Assembly (NCBI GenBank): GCA_024346625.1
Contig: AP024664.1
Coordinates: 3,348,001 to 3,412,000, forward strand
Reading direction: 5' to 3'
DNA length: 64,000 nucleotides
Source: Williopsis jadinii
Taxonomy: Eukaryota
Shown here: piece by piece, positions 45,813 to 56,885 of the stretch
How the letters are laid out: every line of letters begins with the position of its first letter
Position numbering within the stretch: the first letter of the stretch is position 1
Translations under genes and position numbers: made by a program
The notes under the pieces: model-generated
What the model saw: only the letters and a program-made list of their open reading frames with translations
Databases searched by the model: none
Told to the model about the DNA's origin: nothing

Positions 45813-47015
45813 ATGGGAAATACAGCCTCGCAAGAAGAGAACCACAACAACAAGCCAATTGGAGACCACGCTCTATCACCACAGTTCAAGAGCAGTTCAC
45901 AAACAGGTGTTCACCCACTTCTTAACCCGAAGTGCGTTGAGAACACGAAGCCAGAACCAACGGCGCAGAACATCACGGTAATGGCCCATAGCTTTAGTAA
46001 CAGCATGGCTGAAGGAGGAGAACAAGGACAACAAGCACACCACGGGCACGAGCAGCAGGACCAGGAAATGTCCGGCATGGGACAGAGTTCCGTGAATATT
46101 GCCTCACAACCGAGCGCAATGAGCATCGACGGGGGAGGTGATGAACAACAGCAAACACTACTGAGACGTCGGTCGACTCTAATATTGACTGATGAGCCAG
46201 AGTTTGAAAAGTTGAAGATGGCGAGAGCTGATGAAAGCGTGCCTCAATCACAGGATACCAGCGACCTGACTGTTGACAAGATGGAGGCGTCGGACTCGAA
46301 GAGCGCTACGGTTCCAGTGGAGATCAATTGGTTCCAAGGAGGTGAGAACGTTTTCATTACAGGTTCATTCACTGGTTGGAGAAAGATGATCAAGTTGATC
46401 AAGGAGAACGACGAAAAGTTTAGCATAAAGTTGAAATTGCCTGTAGGAACACACAGGTTCAGGTTCATCGTGGATAACGAGCTTCGTTTCTCGGATTATT
46501 TGCCAACCGCAACGGATCAGATGGGGAACTTTGTGAATTATATCGAAATTCAATCCCCTGAGGCATCACAGATTCAAGAGCAAGAAGGTGGCGTACCTGC
46601 GAAGAAAGATTCAAATCTGGGGCTGACCAACGACGATGACGATATGGGTGGTGGCTACTCGAGATTCCATGAAGAGGCACTGGTTCAACCGAAATACGAG
46701 TATGTGCGTAGCATACCAGCTATATTCACAGACCCGTCTGTAATGGAGCAGTACTACGTGTCATTGGACCAGCAGAACCAAAATCAGTCCTGGCTGACAC
46801 CTCCACAACTACCACCACATCTGGAATCCGTGATTCTCAATAACTATTCGAATGCTGATAAGTCAAACGCCTCTGGTGCTCTACCAATCCCAAACCATGT
46901 TGTGTTGAACCATTTGGCCACCACGAGTATCAAACATAATACATTAGCAGTCGCCAGTGTGGTGAGATACAAGCGCAAGTACGTCACGCAGGTGTTGTAC
47001 GCCCCACTACAGTGA
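45813..47015 (+). CDS. Snf1/AMPK beta subunit (Sip2/Gal83 family)
   Basis: MGN myristoylation-type start, CBM48 (TGSFTGWR..HRFRFIVD) and ASC domain LPIPNHVVLNHL...YKRKYVTQ. Confidence 0.93.
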   Translation: MGNTASQEENHNNKPIGDHALSPQFKSSSQTGVHPLLNPKCVENTKPEPTAQNITVMAHSFSNSMAEGGEQGQQAHHGHEQQDQEMSGMGQSSVNIASQPSAMSIDGGGDEQQQTLLRRRSTLILTDEPEFEKLKMARADESVPQSQDTSDLTVDKMEASDSKSATVPVEINWFQGGENVFITGSFTGWRKMIKLIKENDEKFSIKLKLPVGTHRFRFIVDNELRFSDYLPTATDQMGNFVNYIEIQSPEASQIQEQEGGVPAKKDSNLGLTNDDDDMGGGYSRFHEEALVQPKYEYVRSIPAIFTDPSVMEQYYVSLDQQNQNQSWLTPPQLPPHLESVILNNYSNADKSNASGALPIPNHVVLNHLATTSIKHNTLAVASVVRYKRKYVTQVLYAPLQ

Positions 47016-47316
47016 TACTGTTTGTTCATCAATGGGACAGTAAACGTACAAGAGTGTTCTCTAGATCGTCATGTGAATTAATTCGAGTCTTAGACTTGTT
47101 TGATACTGGTGTAGACGGTTCATTGGTGTAGATGGTTCATTGGTGCAAATTTCTCTCTGCTGTCTGCCAGTGGGTACCCACCGTCGGAGATTGTAAGCCA
47201 GATTGTATGCTTTACACTTATACACCAAGACCAGTAGTAATATATGGCTCAACATTACAGTCGAGCCCAGCTTGTTATTTCCTTATTTCAAAACCCTTTT
47301 GGAAAAAAAAAGAGAA

Positions 47317-47390
47317 TGATTTCGCCCAGGATCGAACTGGGGACGTTCTGCGTGTTAAGCAGATGCCATGACCAACTAGACCACGAAACC
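47317..47390 (-). tRNA. tRNA-Val (anticodon AAC)
   Basis: GGTTTCGTGGTCTAGTTGGTCATGGCATCTGCTTAACACGCAGAACGTCCCCAGTTCGATCCTGGGCGAAATCA cloverleaf; T-run Pol III terminator at 47303-47311. Confidence 0.97.
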
Positions 47391-47403
47391 ATTTTCATGC
47401 TGA

Positions 47404-47869
47404 TGTGAGATTTCTTCCTCTGCACAATACCAATTATAATAATCTTCAGAACTCTCAGCTCTGAACGCTTCTTATTATACCTTGGCTTATTCTTTCCTGA
47501 CTCCTATACCTAAGTCCTGGGTCTGAGGTTTATACTGAGCTTACGGTTTCCTTAAGGTAAACTTGGGCTTGTATTAATTGCTTAATCCTTTTTCTAAACC
47601 TCCTCTTGAAAGAATCTTCTTCGCAGGATTCTCTCTTTATATATTATTTCTAATGTTTTCTCAGTCTCTCTTTGAATCTAGTCGACTGCTGTAATTCCTC
47701 GGCTCTTACTGGCTCTTTCTCTTCTGATTCAGCGTATGTTGTAACTCCTCGGCTCTTACTAGCTCTTTCTCTTCTGATTCGGCATATGTTGTAACTCCTC
47801 GGCTCTTCTTCTGGTTCGGCTATGCTTGCTGACATAATCCGATCCATAATCCGATTCTGATACCTCACA
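47404..47869 (-). mobile_element. Solo LTR of a tRNA-targeting retrotransposon (Ty3/gypsy-like placement)
   Basis: Ends TGTGAG...CTCACA; identical GCTGA flanks at 47399-47403 and 47870-47874; internal TATATAAA on the minus strand near 47640; 13 nt from the tRNA 5' end. Confidence 0.88.
47691..47807. repeat. 50-bp tandem repeat x about 2.3 inside the LTR
   Basis: Units at 47691-47740 and 47741-47790 (GTAACTCCTCGGCTCTTACT...), with a partial third copy. Confidence 0.9.
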
Positions 47870-48422
47870 GCTGATGAAATTTAACCTGATATTGTCATCA
47901 CATTCACACCAAGCCAGAGTATACACGCACCCCATTATCTTTAGACAGTTATTATTGGATGTTGGTATAACACATGCCATTCCTGCTTTATCGCCCTTAC
48001 TCATCTCACTGAAATCATAATGAGCCGAATCTCTACGCAAACCCGGCCAATTGCGCCAACATTCCAGACGCATTAACAACGGCAGAATGCGATCGATAAA
48101 TCACGTATAAGCAGCGTAGAACCCTCGCCACAACCGTCTCACATCAATTGGCTCAAACCACAGCTAAAACGCCTTATCATCAGCACTTTTGATGTAAAAT
48201 GAACTAATTCTCCTATTAATTCAACGCCATTTCGTCATTCTCGTTGGATGCCGAAGACAAAGCAGGCCGACGCACTAAAAAAAAAAACACATAGCTGGAC
48301 GCATACGCTTTGGTGCTAATCGGCAGGTCTCACCCAAAATCCCACTTCCAAAACTTTCCAACGCCGATAAGTTCTCTTTAGACCGAGTTATAGTGAGACG
48401 ACATCAGCAGCAGCGCACAGAG

Positions 48423-50579
48423 ATGAACTCTCAGCAACGAGCCCAGATGAATCACCAGGCGCAGCCTGGCTACTATGCGCAGCCTGGCAACTACGCTCCT
48501 CCTGGTCACTATGGGCGAAGCGCACCACGGCACAACCACCAGCCATACCAGCAGAGTCGTCCATTGCACCAGCAACCAGTTCACCAACAAGCTCCCTCAT
48601 CGGGCCAGAGAGTGTATAATGGACAATCCAGTAACCACGTGAGAGCTCCATATCCTCAACAGAGTCCTCAGAATGGCATGCCAATGGCGCCCTACCCTGT
48701 ACAACCGTACCCCGGGTTCGTTAATCCTCAGAGTGTCAGTAATCTCAGCACAGATTCCATTGGACACAGGATTCAGAGCAGAGATGAGGCACAAGTTGAT
48801 AGAGCGGTCCAGCAGTACTCGAAGCATCACACGGAGGTGCCTGATTATCCGTCTCTGGGGAACCACGGCATGGGGAGCTCGCACAGTCTGCTGTCTGTTT
48901 CGAGTGGTGATTCCAAGGAGACATACTCTTCGAGCAGTGGTGGGCATCAGAAGCAGCGGCCAGTGCAACAGCCAGTGACACCGTCAGTGCCACCGTCAGT
49001 GCAACCGTCAGTGCAGCAGCGAGAAGCTTACAAGCAGAGTACTCCAGCCCAGTACAATAGAGCACCTGCGCCGGTGCCAGGACAAGTACCTGCGCAAGTG
49101 CCAGGACAAGTGCCACTACAAGCACCAGGACAAGCACCAGGACAAGTGCCACTACACAGCTCACATCCCACTGACCACTCGATCCCACGAGACACAACTC
49201 GCTCTTTGGAGCAGCTCCAGAGACCGCAAGAACCACTACCAGTGCATCAAGAACAAGCAAGAAATGCGGCAAAGACAGATGCACCAATCTCACAGAGGTA
49301 CGAGGAACTACCCAGCCAGAATCAAAGACCAGCTCAACAACCTTCTGTTGAAAAGAAATCCCCAGAGAAGAATATTGCTCAGCTCACTGCTCAATTGGAG
49401 AAAGTGTCTGTATCTGACAGCCAAGTGCAACAGTTCAATGACATGAGGCTCAAAGCTCTCTCTCCAGCTGGAACCAATGACTCTCAACTACAGGTTGAAT
49501 GGGTAAAACTACTTTTGGCCTTAGCATCTGACAAGGAGTTTGTCTCAAAGTACACTCTCAATGGTGAACTGATGAAATCAAACCCTCATCACTCAGAGAT
49601 CAAGAAGAATACACACGCATTTATAAAGCTCGCCATAAAGACCTTGAAAACGGTATGCAACGAAGGTCAGAATGCTGAAGCGTTGTTCATTTTGGCATCG
49701 TTATATTCAAATATACCGACTATAGCAGTACCAAAGCCTGATCTTTTGGATCGTAACCTTGATAAGGCATTTGTGCTGTACGTCAAGTCGGGCTCTCTGG
49801 GCTATCCACTATCTCTTTATCGATGTGGAGTCTCGTGTGAATTTGGTATTGGAACCCATCAAGATGAAGAAAGAGCATTGGATTACTATAAAAGGGCCAC
49901 GGACTCAGGCTGTAACCAGGCAATGTTCAAGATGGCGTTGATATACGCTGATGGGCTCCTGGGTGTACGTCGCTCCGCAACCAAGACTGTCGAATGGCTT
50001 CAACGAGCTGCTGCACAGGCTGATGTTGATACTCCACATTCGCTTTTCGAACTTTGCAAGGTTTACTCAAGAGACTTCTCCTTTATGAAGAATCCGTCTC
50101 ATCCAGATATCGAGTTTCTGAGAGAATTGGACAGAATTGGAGTGCTCCAGGACGACGAGAAGGCCTTGTACTACTGCAAAGAGGCTGCACGTCTTGTATA
50201 TCCACCAGCACAGTGTAAGCTTGGTTGGTGCTACGAGTACGGAAAGATGGGGTGCACCATCGACCCTAAGAAGAGTATAGGCTGGTACTCAAGATCTGCT
50301 AAGAATGGGAACGCAGAGGCAGAAATGGCATTGAGTGGTTGGTATCTGACCGGTGCGAAGGGCTTGCTCGAGGCTAACGATAGAGAAGCATTCCTATGGG
50401 CCTTCAAGAGTGCCGAGAGCGGATTTGATAAGGCAGAGTATGCTCTTGGATATTACTACGAGGTTGGTTTAGGCTGTGAGCGTGATTTGGAGATGGCTAG
50501 GAAGTTTTACCAAAGAGCAGCGTCCCAAGGCCACGAGAAGGCCGTCGAGAAGCTACGTGGAATGAGGGATCTCAGATGA
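48423..50579 (+). CDS. Sel1-repeat chitin synthase activator, Skt5/Chs4 family
   Basis: Gln/Pro-rich N-terminus, then Sel1 repeats (AQCKLGWCYEYG, AEMALSGWYLTG, AEYALGYYYEVG); no obvious C-terminal CaaX. Confidence 0.85.
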   Translation: MNSQQRAQMNHQAQPGYYAQPGNYAPPGHYGRSAPRHNHQPYQQSRPLHQQPVHQQAPSSGQRVYNGQSSNHVRAPYPQQSPQNGMPMAPYPVQPYPGFVNPQSVSNLSTDSIGHRIQSRDEAQVDRAVQQYSKHHTEVPDYPSLGNHGMGSSHSLLSVSSGDSKETYSSSSGGHQKQRPVQQPVTPSVPPSVQPSVQQREAYKQSTPAQYNRAPAPVPGQVPAQVPGQVPLQAPGQAPGQVPLHSSHPTDHSIPRDTTRSLEQLQRPQEPLPVHQEQARNAAKTDAPISQRYEELPSQNQRPAQQPSVEKKSPEKNIAQLTAQLEKVSVSDSQVQQFNDMRLKALSPAGTNDSQLQVEWVKLLLALASDKEFVSKYTLNGELMKSNPHHSEIKKNTHAFIKLAIKTLKTVCNEGQNAEALFILASLYSNIPTIAVPKPDLLDRNLDKAFVLYVKSGSLGYPLSLYRCGVSCEFGIGTHQDEERALDYYKRATDSGCNQAMFKMALIYADGLLGVRRSATKTVEWLQRAAAQADVDTPHSLFELCKVYSRDFSFMKNPSHPDIEFLRELDRIGVLQDDEKALYYCKEAARLVYPPAQCKLGWCYEYGKMGCTIDPKKSIGWYSRSAKNGNAEAEMALSGWYLTGAKGLLEANDREAFLWAFKSAESGFDKAEYALGYYYEVGLGCERDLEMARKFYQRAASQGHEKAVEKLRGMRDLR

Positions 50580-50657
50580 GTGGTTGTATTAATTAATAAT
50601 GTATGGACTATGGCAATTATATGCGAACTCGTAATGACGATAGAGGCTCAAGGCATA

Positions 50658-51848
50658 TTACTGGGCTGATCCAATATCAGCTGTTTCTTCACTCGCCTCC
50701 TGTTCATAAGCTGTAGTCAAGGACTGTTCAGCATGGACAGTTGCAACGGCATTAGCACTGGCTGCTTGCTGCCATAACGGTATTTCCTGTTGAGCAGTTG
50801 ACTGCGAATATGACTTGTGGTTCATAGCGACACTGTCTGGTCTCTCAGGAAGACTCTCTTCAGATAAAATGGCACTCGTTGCCGGTGTATTCACAGCAGC
50901 TGATCTCTGCCAGGAGGGAATCTGAGGATTCGACGAGATGTGCGACGAGGACTGTGGCTGAGGAGAGCTGACAGGTGGTGATGTTGCGAGGTTTGCCCGT
51001 TTCAAGATCTCAGAAGCAGAAGGGATTGACGACGCCGGTGGAACTGGCGATGTTGCCGTCTCCTTGGTGCCATTGCTGCCCAATTCCTTCGCCAGGGAGT
51101 TCTTGGACTTGATCAGCTGTTGCAGGGAGTTCAGCTCGTGCTGGATGCTGGCAACCTCATTGGCGATGGACGACTGCTGCTTATCTAGCGCACGGTCTAG
51201 AGAGGCCTTCAGGTTCTCAATCTCCGACTTGAGGTACTTCACCTCGTCCTCCACCTTCGAGTTCTTCTCCTTGGAGTCGTTCACCAGGTCCTGGACGGAG
51301 TCGATGACGGCGTCGATGGCCTTGGCCTTCTCCGCCTCGCCCTCCTTCAGCTGCTGCTGAGTATCAGCAATCTCCTTCAGCGTGGCCTCGATTCTCAGAA
51401 ACTCCTCTTCAATCGCCTCCTTGTCCTTATCCAGCTTCGACTTCGAGTCTGGCAGCACGTTGGGAATGAGATACCGCTTCGTGATCTCGTACAGCGCAAA
51501 CCCAACACCCACAGTGGCTGTTGCCATGATGAAGTAGTCCTTCCAGTCCTTCTCCGGCACAGGTGGCGGCGCAGGCGTGTAGTACTGTGGAGCACTGTGA
51601 GCTTGCTGGTGATACGCCTGTAGACCTTGCTCTGAGCCTGAGGAGCTCTGCGTGCCAGAGGAGCTCTGTGCTGGCGGAGAGCGATCAACGCTCTCCTGCG
51701 ATCTCTTCATCGCCTCCTCAATCTCCTCCTTCGTCAAGCCTTTGCTCTCCAGGAACTCAACCTTCTTCTCCAGTGGAGACGACGACACTTGTGCGTCCTT
51801 AAGGAAGCTCACCGCATTGGCAATCAATTCCTCACGAGTGCTGGACAT
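50658..51848 (-). CDS. PEX14: Peroxisomal docking protein Pex14
   Basis: REELIANAVSFL...KKVEFLESKGLTKEEI, DWKDYFIMATAT, coiled coil, IPSWQ. Confidence 0.94.
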   Translation of the reverse strand: MSSTREELIANAVSFLKDAQVSSSPLEKKVEFLESKGLTKEEIEEAMKRSQESVDRSPPAQSSSGTQSSSGSEQGLQAYHQQAHSAPQYYTPAPPPVPEKDWKDYFIMATATVGVGFALYEITKRYLIPNVLPDSKSKLDKDKEAIEEEFLRIEATLKEIADTQQQLKEGEAEKAKAIDAVIDSVQDLVNDSKEKNSKVEDEVKYLKSEIENLKASLDRALDKQQSSIANEVASIQHELNSLQQLIKSKNSLAKELGSNGTKETATSPVPPASSIPSASEILKRANLATSPPVSSPQPQSSSHISSNPQIPSWQRSAAVNTPATSAILSEESLPERPDSVAMNHKSYSQSTAQQEIPLWQQAASANAVATVHAEQSLTTAYEQEASEETADIGSAQ

Positions 51849-52193
51849 GATGGAGCGAGCCTACGAGTTGTGGGTGATCCAGGCAGGGCTTCTTTATACG
51901 TTCAGCGTAGCAAGTTCGCTACGAATCGGCCTTCGCTGGTGGGGGTGGGTATCAACTCAGCGAGAGGATTTGGCGGACGCTCGCTGTGTTTGGCTACCCT
52001 TCGGAAGAAGCCGGCGGGAGGAGCGGCTTCGGGCAGCCGATAGCGCGGGGGACGGTATTCCGAGGGCAGTGTGGGTGGCAGTCACGTGCGGCGTTCTAAT
52101 CCGAGAACAACATTAGGCTAATCTCTCTATCTCTCTTTATGCCTTAACAACACCACCAGCTACTCCTTCCAGAAGCTATGAGCACTGTGCTGG

Positions 52194-53087
52194 ATGACAT
52201 ATCGACGCCAGGTAGTGGACGAGTGCAGACTGCTGGCGAGCTCACAGCTCACGGTGTTCTACGTGGAGATTGGCGAGATATGGGAGGACGACTATAAGGT
52301 GAGTGCGCCCGCAATGAGCTGTTCTACTGTATAGAGCTAACCACGTTTCCAGTTCGAGACTGCGCTAAGGCTGTTACCGTTTAAGCAGCAGACGAGGGTC
52401 ATCTCCAAGAGGTTCTCGCAAGATGCACGCACAGCTCTCGCCAACCAGCTTCTCCAGAGGTTTGTGTGCTGTGCTCTTCTCGACACCACGCCAGACCTGT
52501 TATCGTTCACGAGTAACGAATATGGAAAGCCTCAGCTGGAAGGCTGCGGCTTCCAGTTCAGCATGAGCAACCAGCAGGGGTATACCAGCATGGTTGTGTC
52601 AAGAGCACAGTGTGGCATCGACCTGGCAAACTGCAATGACGTTGACAAGTTTGGCACAGGCTATCTGGCCCATTTTAGAGACATATTCCATCCAGATGAG
52701 TATGAAGCACTCGAGGCACTTGCGGACGACGAGCAGACCAAGAACAGATTCACGCACTACTGGGCACTGAAGGAAAGCTACACCAAGCTACTGGGCGTGG
52801 GACTCAACGGCGACTTGAAATCCTACAACTTCAGCAACGTCAATACGCTGCGTTGTGACGATACAGTCGAGGCCCACGACACTTTCCAGCGACGCACTGA
52901 GCCACTGTGGGACTCCTCCATAACTCTGGCCATTGGCAGAGTCGATGAGGACATTTCGATCTATTCCACTATGCTCAACAAGGAGATCGTCGTGTCTGCC
53001 TGTACGCTGGATCACCTCACTGAGACCCCCACTCTCGTGCACGTAAAACTAGAGGACATTGTCAAATTCCTCTCAGACAATAAATGA
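52194..53087 (+). CDS. LYS5: Sfp-type 4'-phosphopantetheinyl transferase; intron 52299-52352
   Basis: Spliced DDYKFETALRLLP...LANQLLQ, YGKP, FSMSN, GIDLA and WALKESYTK; GTGAGT donor, GCTAAC branch, CAG acceptor; divergent from PEX14. Confidence 0.9.
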
Positions 53088-53323
53088 TCCCTGACTCGGG
53101 CTTCCAGCACCAAACTTGGAGCTGTAGACATTCATTGGCCTCAGGTTGTGCTCACTGTCCTTCCTGGGCCCCAATTTCCATTCAATGCCCTTCTAAGCCA
53201 ATCCCGAGGCGTATTTCTGCCTCGAAACAGAAACTTTTCACGTACTCACATAGAACTCACATCCACGAGACATTTTATTCACCGAATATTCAAAGATAAC
53301 CAACGCAAACCGTTGCAAGAGCC

Positions 53324-54211
53324 ATGTCGGAGAAGCCCATTTCACACCTCATCGGAGGCTTTGCCGGTGGACTCACCTCTGCGGTGATTCTTCAACCATT
53401 CGACCTCGTCAAGACAAGGCTTCAGCAGCAACCGTCAGGGTCTATCCCCGACACTTTGAGGTCATTGTCCAGCTACAAGGAGCTGTGGAGAGGGACGCTA
53501 CCCTCAGCTGTGAGAACCTCGGTGGGCTCTGCGCTCTACCTCACGTCCCTACATGCCTTCAGATCCGTGCTGGCTAAGAGCCATAGGGACAGTGTTGCCA
53601 ATGTGTCCGTGTCGAGCTCATCGCTTCCCAAGCTCAGTATGGCCGAGAACCTCGTCACTGGTGGGCTCACGAGAGGGTTTGTCGGGTTCGTCACGATGCC
53701 CATAACCGTGCTAAAGGTGCGGTATGAGAGCACCGTCTACCAGTACGACTCTCTGCTAGGTGCCGTCAGATCAATTCACCAGACTGAAGGTGTAAAGGGC
53801 TTCTTTAGAGGCTTCACTGCCACTTGTATGCGTGATGCTCCGTACGCTGGGCTGTACGTACTGTTCTACGAGCAGTGCAAAGTGGTTCTGCCCAAGATGC
53901 TGCCCAATGTGGACACTGGAACCACGCTCTCGGTGAGCAAGTCAGCGATGATCAACTCGCTGAGTGCGTTTTCTGCTGCGAGCATTGCAACCACCATAAC
54001 AGGGCCATTTGATACGATAAAGACCAGAATGCAGCTGAAGCCATTGGAATTCACGGGGTTCTGGCAGGCTGGTGTGAAGATTGTGAGAGAAGAAGGAGCA
54101 ATTAGACTGTTTGACGGGCTCTCGCTGCGTCTGACGAGAAAGGCATTCAGTGCTGGCATTGCCTGGGGGATTTACGAGGAGATCATCAAGTATATCGTCA
54201 GACAGCATTGA
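53324..54211 (+). CDS. HEM25: Mitochondrial glycine carrier (SLC25A38-like)
   Basis: Three carrier repeats (QPFDLVKTRLQQ, PITVLKVRYES, PFDTIKTRMQ) and RDAPYAGLY. Confidence 0.9.
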   Translation: MSEKPISHLIGGFAGGLTSAVILQPFDLVKTRLQQQPSGSIPDTLRSLSSYKELWRGTLPSAVRTSVGSALYLTSLHAFRSVLAKSHRDSVANVSVSSSSLPKLSMAENLVTGGLTRGFVGFVTMPITVLKVRYESTVYQYDSLLGAVRSIHQTEGVKGFFRGFTATCMRDAPYAGLYVLFYEQCKVVLPKMLPNVDTGTTLSVSKSAMINSLSAFSAASIATTITGPFDTIKTRMQLKPLEFTGFWQAGVKIVREEGAIRLFDGLSLRLTRKAFSAGIAWGIYEEIIKYIVRQH

Positions 54212-54365
54212 ACAGTGCTGTATTCAGAATTAGCATAGCTTTCCCATGTACATAGAATCCGAGCTGGAAATAACAGGACATTGCTCTAGAGATTGTGTTT
54301 ACACAGCTACAGCTGTACGATCTATAAATATCTTAATAACAAATTCAGAATCAAATACACCTCAG

Positions 54366-55940
54366 CTATAACTGTTGTAGTTCTTTGCCCAAAGACTCCT
54401 CGTCTGAGGCAACAACCACAGCAGACTCTTCACGCTTTCTATCACGTCTGGCAAGAAATTGAACCAGTCCCGTGAGCACGAACCCAAAGGCACCTAAGAA
54501 CAGGGTATATGGGAAACCTTTTGCGAATTCAGGTGCATCATTCTGGTTGAAGGTCAACATTGGAACCCAGGCACCGGTGACATATGCCAAAGTGTTTGTA
54601 CAGACAACGACAAAGTTTCTCTTCATATCGTTGTGAGCAAGCATACCATTCAACCAACTGAAGATCATAGGCTGTCCCCATGACAATGGGATACCCAGGG
54701 CAAAGTATGCGAACCAGTGGAGTCCACGTGGAACGTTCCACGCTGTCAAAATGGCACACGAGAACACGATAAAGAAGTACATGATGTACAGGAAGTACGG
54801 TGTTAGCTTGGACTTTGACCAATCGTTGAGATAGGCTGCAATCACTGCGAAGGCAATACCCACACCAGAGATGATTGTTGGGTAGTAGTTATAGTAGTAT
54901 GAGTCCAGTAGCAGCGTTCTCTTCATCCACAGCTGGAAGGCTTGCGACGTCATTGGCTGGTAGGCATTGTTAAACGTCAAGAACAACACCGGGAACACAT
55001 AGATGTGCCATGTGTTGAAGAAAGTCTTGATCAGCTTCCAGGTGTACTTCTCACGTGTGTTCAACTGCGCACCGATACGACGACGTCTTTCCAGTGCGAT
55101 GAGCTTGTCCTCTTCTGTGAAGTAGAACGCAGTGGTGGTGGATGGCGTGTTAGGGTCGACAAAGAACGTGTACACACACACCGGGATGGTGATGGCAGCA
55201 TCAATGACGAACATCCACTGGAACGGCTGCAAATGGCGGTGAGCCCACGAACTCTGTAGAATTCTTTGTTGAAGCGGACCGGAAACCAAACCAGCAGCTG
55301 TACCAGAGCATCCAAACAAGGTGGCACGCTTGCTGAGCTCCTTCTTCGAGTACCACGAGCCAATCAAGTACTCCAAACCAGGGAAGTAACCAGACTCCGT
55401 GAGCCCAATGAGGAAACGCAACGCGTACATCCCCTTCAGAGACTTTGGCGCAATGAGAAGAACAGTCAGAATGGCCCAGATCAGCTCCAGCCCGGCAAGG
55501 TAGACCCTGGCTGAGATTCTGTGCAAGATCAGGTTGGACGGGATCTGTCCAATGATATAGCCCACGGTCCACAGCGTCACCATGGTGTTGTAATCGTTAC
55601 CTTCCATGTTGTAGTGCTCCTTCATACCGTTGACGTAGGCCGTACCAACGTTACTCTGGTTCAAGGTCTTCATGAAGTAGCCCAGACATGCGGAGCTCAT
55701 CAAGAACCAGTCCAGCTTGAGGAGGAACTTACGCTCCTTTGGATGTTTATCAAAGGAGTCCCAGATGAACACCTTGGTCTTATACCACCAGTGTTCTCTC
55801 TTCTGGAGCTCCTCTGGAGTCTCCTCCACAGTGAGGTCGATGTAAGGCTTGTCCTGGCTCTCATTGTCGCTGGAGCCGTTGCCCAGCGTGATGTCGTGGA
55901 CATCGTACTCCGTCTTCTCACGAACAGAAGGTGAGGACAT
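54366..55940 (-). CDS. MFS anion:cation symporter (SEO1/FEN2/VHT1-like vitamin or allantoate-family permease)
   Basis: [45 protein letters not shown] motifs; about 12 TM segments. Confidence 0.9.
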   Translation of the reverse strand: MSSPSVREKTEYDVHDITLGNGSSDNESQDKPYIDLTVEETPEELQKREHWWYKTKVFIWDSFDKHPKERKFLLKLDWFLMSSACLGYFMKTLNQSNVGTAYVNGMKEHYNMEGNDYNTMVTLWTVGYIIGQIPSNLILHRISARVYLAGLELIWAILTVLLIAPKSLKGMYALRFLIGLTESGYFPGLEYLIGSWYSKKELSKRATLFGCSGTAAGLVSGPLQQRILQSSWAHRHLQPFQWMFVIDAAITIPVCVYTFFVDPNTPSTTTAFYFTEEDKLIALERRRRIGAQLNTREKYTWKLIKTFFNTWHIYVFPVLFLTFNNAYQPMTSQAFQLWMKRTLLLDSYYYNYYPTIISGVGIAFAVIAAYLNDWSKSKLTPYFLYIMYFFIVFSCAILTAWNVPRGLHWFAYFALGIPLSWGQPMIFSWLNGMLAHNDMKRNFVVVCTNTLAYVTGAWVPMLTFNQNDAPEFAKGFPYTLFLGAFGFVLTGLVQFLARRDRKREESAVVVASDEESLGKELQQL

Positions 55941-56808
55941 CGTGTGGTTGTTGTGATGAGTGAAGGAGCCAGCGCCTGTGGCAGTCCACTGGAGCTGCTT
56001 CCAGGCTCCTTATATACACAGCACACAGCGCTGTACACTGTGGATCTTTCGCTCAGCGAGCATTATGGCTCGTGGCTCGTCTTTTGGTGCCCGCTCTACC
56101 AACGTTGATCCACCTCATTGGCCAACAGCGCATGCCCTCGCGGTGTTTCATAAGCCACAGGATCCACACATACAAATAACACCAAAATGTGTCATATTGG
56201 CCGCAGGTCTTTGTCATTCCAGGCCAGCTGAGCCTGGCAGTACAACGCCCCTCCCCCGCCAACGCAACCTGTAGCGGGCCTTTAAACCACACCGTGTGCC
56301 ACACCGGCTGGCGTGCACACGCCAGCGCGACTGTGTGGCTCTGCGGTGTGGGAGGCACAGGTCTGTCCACTGAGCCCGGCATTACACCGTGCACGCTTCG
56401 ATTTCTACAAGGGCAGGGCAACGGGAAGGCCAAGGCAACGGCGAAGGGCTGCTGGTGCCGACAAAACAGCAAACGTCCGCTTATCAGTGGCTCAGCTCGA
56501 GATGGCTCGTCAGTGGAACACAAGCACCAGCTGGTTGTGAAGCCCTCTGGGCCCTGGAGCTCGCTTCCACCACCATCTCTGGCTGCAAAGCGTGGTGGAA
56601 AAATGTGGCTTTGTATGCAGGCTAAATGGGATAGCATGCGCACTGCGGAAGGCGCTTGTCAAACCCAAAGAACAAGGGCTGGAAAGCGCTAAGGTGTCGG
56701 TTGAGCGATGAGGTGTTGCCGAAGAATTGCTCGATGTGGTAAGGGCTCGGTTGTGGTGTTGTCGATTGTGTGATGAATGTGCAGTTCTGCTGGCGTAATT
56801 AGTGCGAA

Positions 56809-56885
56809 TGTGCGGTGTGTGCGGTGTGTGCGGTGTGTGCGGTGTGTGCGGTGTGTGCGGTGTGTGCGGTGTGTGCGGTGTGCGG
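56809..56885. repeat. GT-rich 9-bp minisatellite (TGTGCGGTG) x about 8
   Basis: Near-perfect tandem array in the intergenic region. Confidence 0.95.

Noticed and set aside
47691..47807. Repeat array considered as CRISPR-like
   Set aside because: Contiguous tandem units without unique spacers, in a eukaryotic context with no cas genes
47650..48079. Short minus-strand ORFs with repeated peptide segments
   Set aside because: They fall in or overlap the solo LTR repeats and show no gag or pol motifs
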